Shown in pieces: positions 62,830 to 64,000 of a stretch of 64,000 bases of DNA. Position 1 is the first letter of the stretch. The number at the start of each line of letters is the position of its first letter. The position numbers and the translations under genes were made by a program. The stretch is from contig NW_002060983.1 of the NCBI RefSeq assembly GCF_000150275.1, positions 108,353 to 172,352 of the forward strand, written 5' to 3'. Source of the stretch: Trichoplax adhaerens. Its lineage: Eukaryota > Animalia > Placozoa. Below the pieces are notes generated by a model that was given only the letters and a program-made list of their open reading frames with translations, had not been told where the DNA came from and made no database searches.

Positions 62830-63187
62830 CGTCACATAAGCATATGTTTAATTTTTACAGATTATTTATCGGCAGCAATATAAAGAAACACGTCCTTGCT
62901 ACGTACTTGATGCTCCTTGTTTATGACTAGTACTCATTTACAATTATCAGAATGACTTCGCTGATCAGTACTTATGATTAAAAAAGTAATGACCGAGGAC
63001 AACTCAGAGTACACTAACACTACCATGCAATAGCCAGAAGTAAATAAAATCAATTAATCTAAATCTATATCGTTTGACTCAGTTTTTTAGTATTGGAATA
63101 AGTAAATTTCTTAATAGAGATTCTTTAAAAGTTAGCTGAAGATTAGCTAGACCAGTTTAGGTCTAATCATAAGAGCTGGTTTTGACA
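62830..63187 (+). mobile_element. Divergent family F LTR copy (left boundary approximate)
   Basis: The reverse complement of 63000-63187 aligns with 11848-12040; ends GGTTTTGACA; no TSD found. Confidence 0.65.
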
Positions 63188-63483
63188 GATGTTGCTGATC
63201 TTTTCTTTGATTTCTATATCTGCTTGAAAAGTTAGCGGCACTTTACCATAATAAACAAATGTATCGTATACAATTTTTACTGCATTATTTAAAATAAGAT
63301 TGGGTCTTACTAATCTAGATGAGTATGCTTATTTCAGTATCAGCCTTTGCTCTATATTTGACTAAAAAATTTTGATAAAGTAAAATGAATATCATATATT
63401 ACCGCTATTATATTTAGAAGAAGAATAATAGTCCACTATAAACCATTTAACTTGAAAGTCTACAGGTTTTGTCACAATCATTC

Positions 63484-63602
63484 AGTCACGGCGCGAACCA
63501 CCGTGAAGAGTAAATGACTAAATTTAGTGTTTAACATTTATAATATGAAAATAACTAATAATGGCTTACAGTAAGAACTACGGTAGTTATTATTTTGTTA
63601 CG
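63484..63602 (+). mobile_element. 5' fragment of the long family C variant
   Basis: GTCACGGCGCGAACCACCGTGAAGAGTAAATGACT... matches the reverse complement of 45800-45914. Confidence 0.8.
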
Positions 63603-64000
63603 GCAGCAATCGTCATAATTGAAAGCAATGCAGATATGAATTCAACATTTAATTTCTGTCTATATCAACTTTAAACCTTGAGAATTTACTACAAGATCAG
63701 TATCTTTTTTAATAGCACGTACACTAGTCCAAAACTTATTTGAAACAACTTTAAAATAATTTCTATAATCAGACTTGCCAATCTAGGTAATTGTGAACCG
63801 TCTAATTGTCACGGCCATCAAAATAACTTAGATATAGATGTCCAGTTTACGATAATATTTTGTTTTGAACTTCTCAGAAGTATAAACTACTACTTTAGGA
63901 ATTGTTATTGTTAGTAATAAGCTAAGTTTATATGATGTTGTGATGATATAGTAATATATTGCAAGTAAGTATTGAGAATATAGCAGATTGATAGGGCTTA

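Overview
This is an AT-rich eukaryotic (animal) genomic window. Its composition and receptor types suggest a placozoan such as Trichoplax or Hoilungia, but that is inference. It carries seven co-oriented (+ strand) class A/rhodopsin-like GPCR genes with uninterrupted coding regions, 4-18 kb apart. Three of them (20791, 34495, 39535) are close paralogs with an unusual TM6 and predicted ligand pocket, and one (43981) has lost most activation motifs. The spacers are a layered retroelement graveyard. The younger layer has 13 solo-LTR-like elements (TG...CA ends, 435-654 bp, recognisable 5-bp target-site duplications, about 7.3 kb in total) in families I call A/A2, B, C and F, plus truncated copies and two more repeat families (D, E). 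The older layer, mostly missed by the ORF track, consists of heavily decayed internal regions of Gypsy (up to four), Copia (two), BEL/Pao (one) and a probable non-LTR (LINE) element. I found these by manually reading conserved motifs in the correct domain order across stops and frameshifts, so they need profile-search confirmation. The clearest is a Mag-like Gypsy element stretched over about 9.5 kb by later insertions. I saw no intact transposon ORF, RNA gene or CRISPR array.
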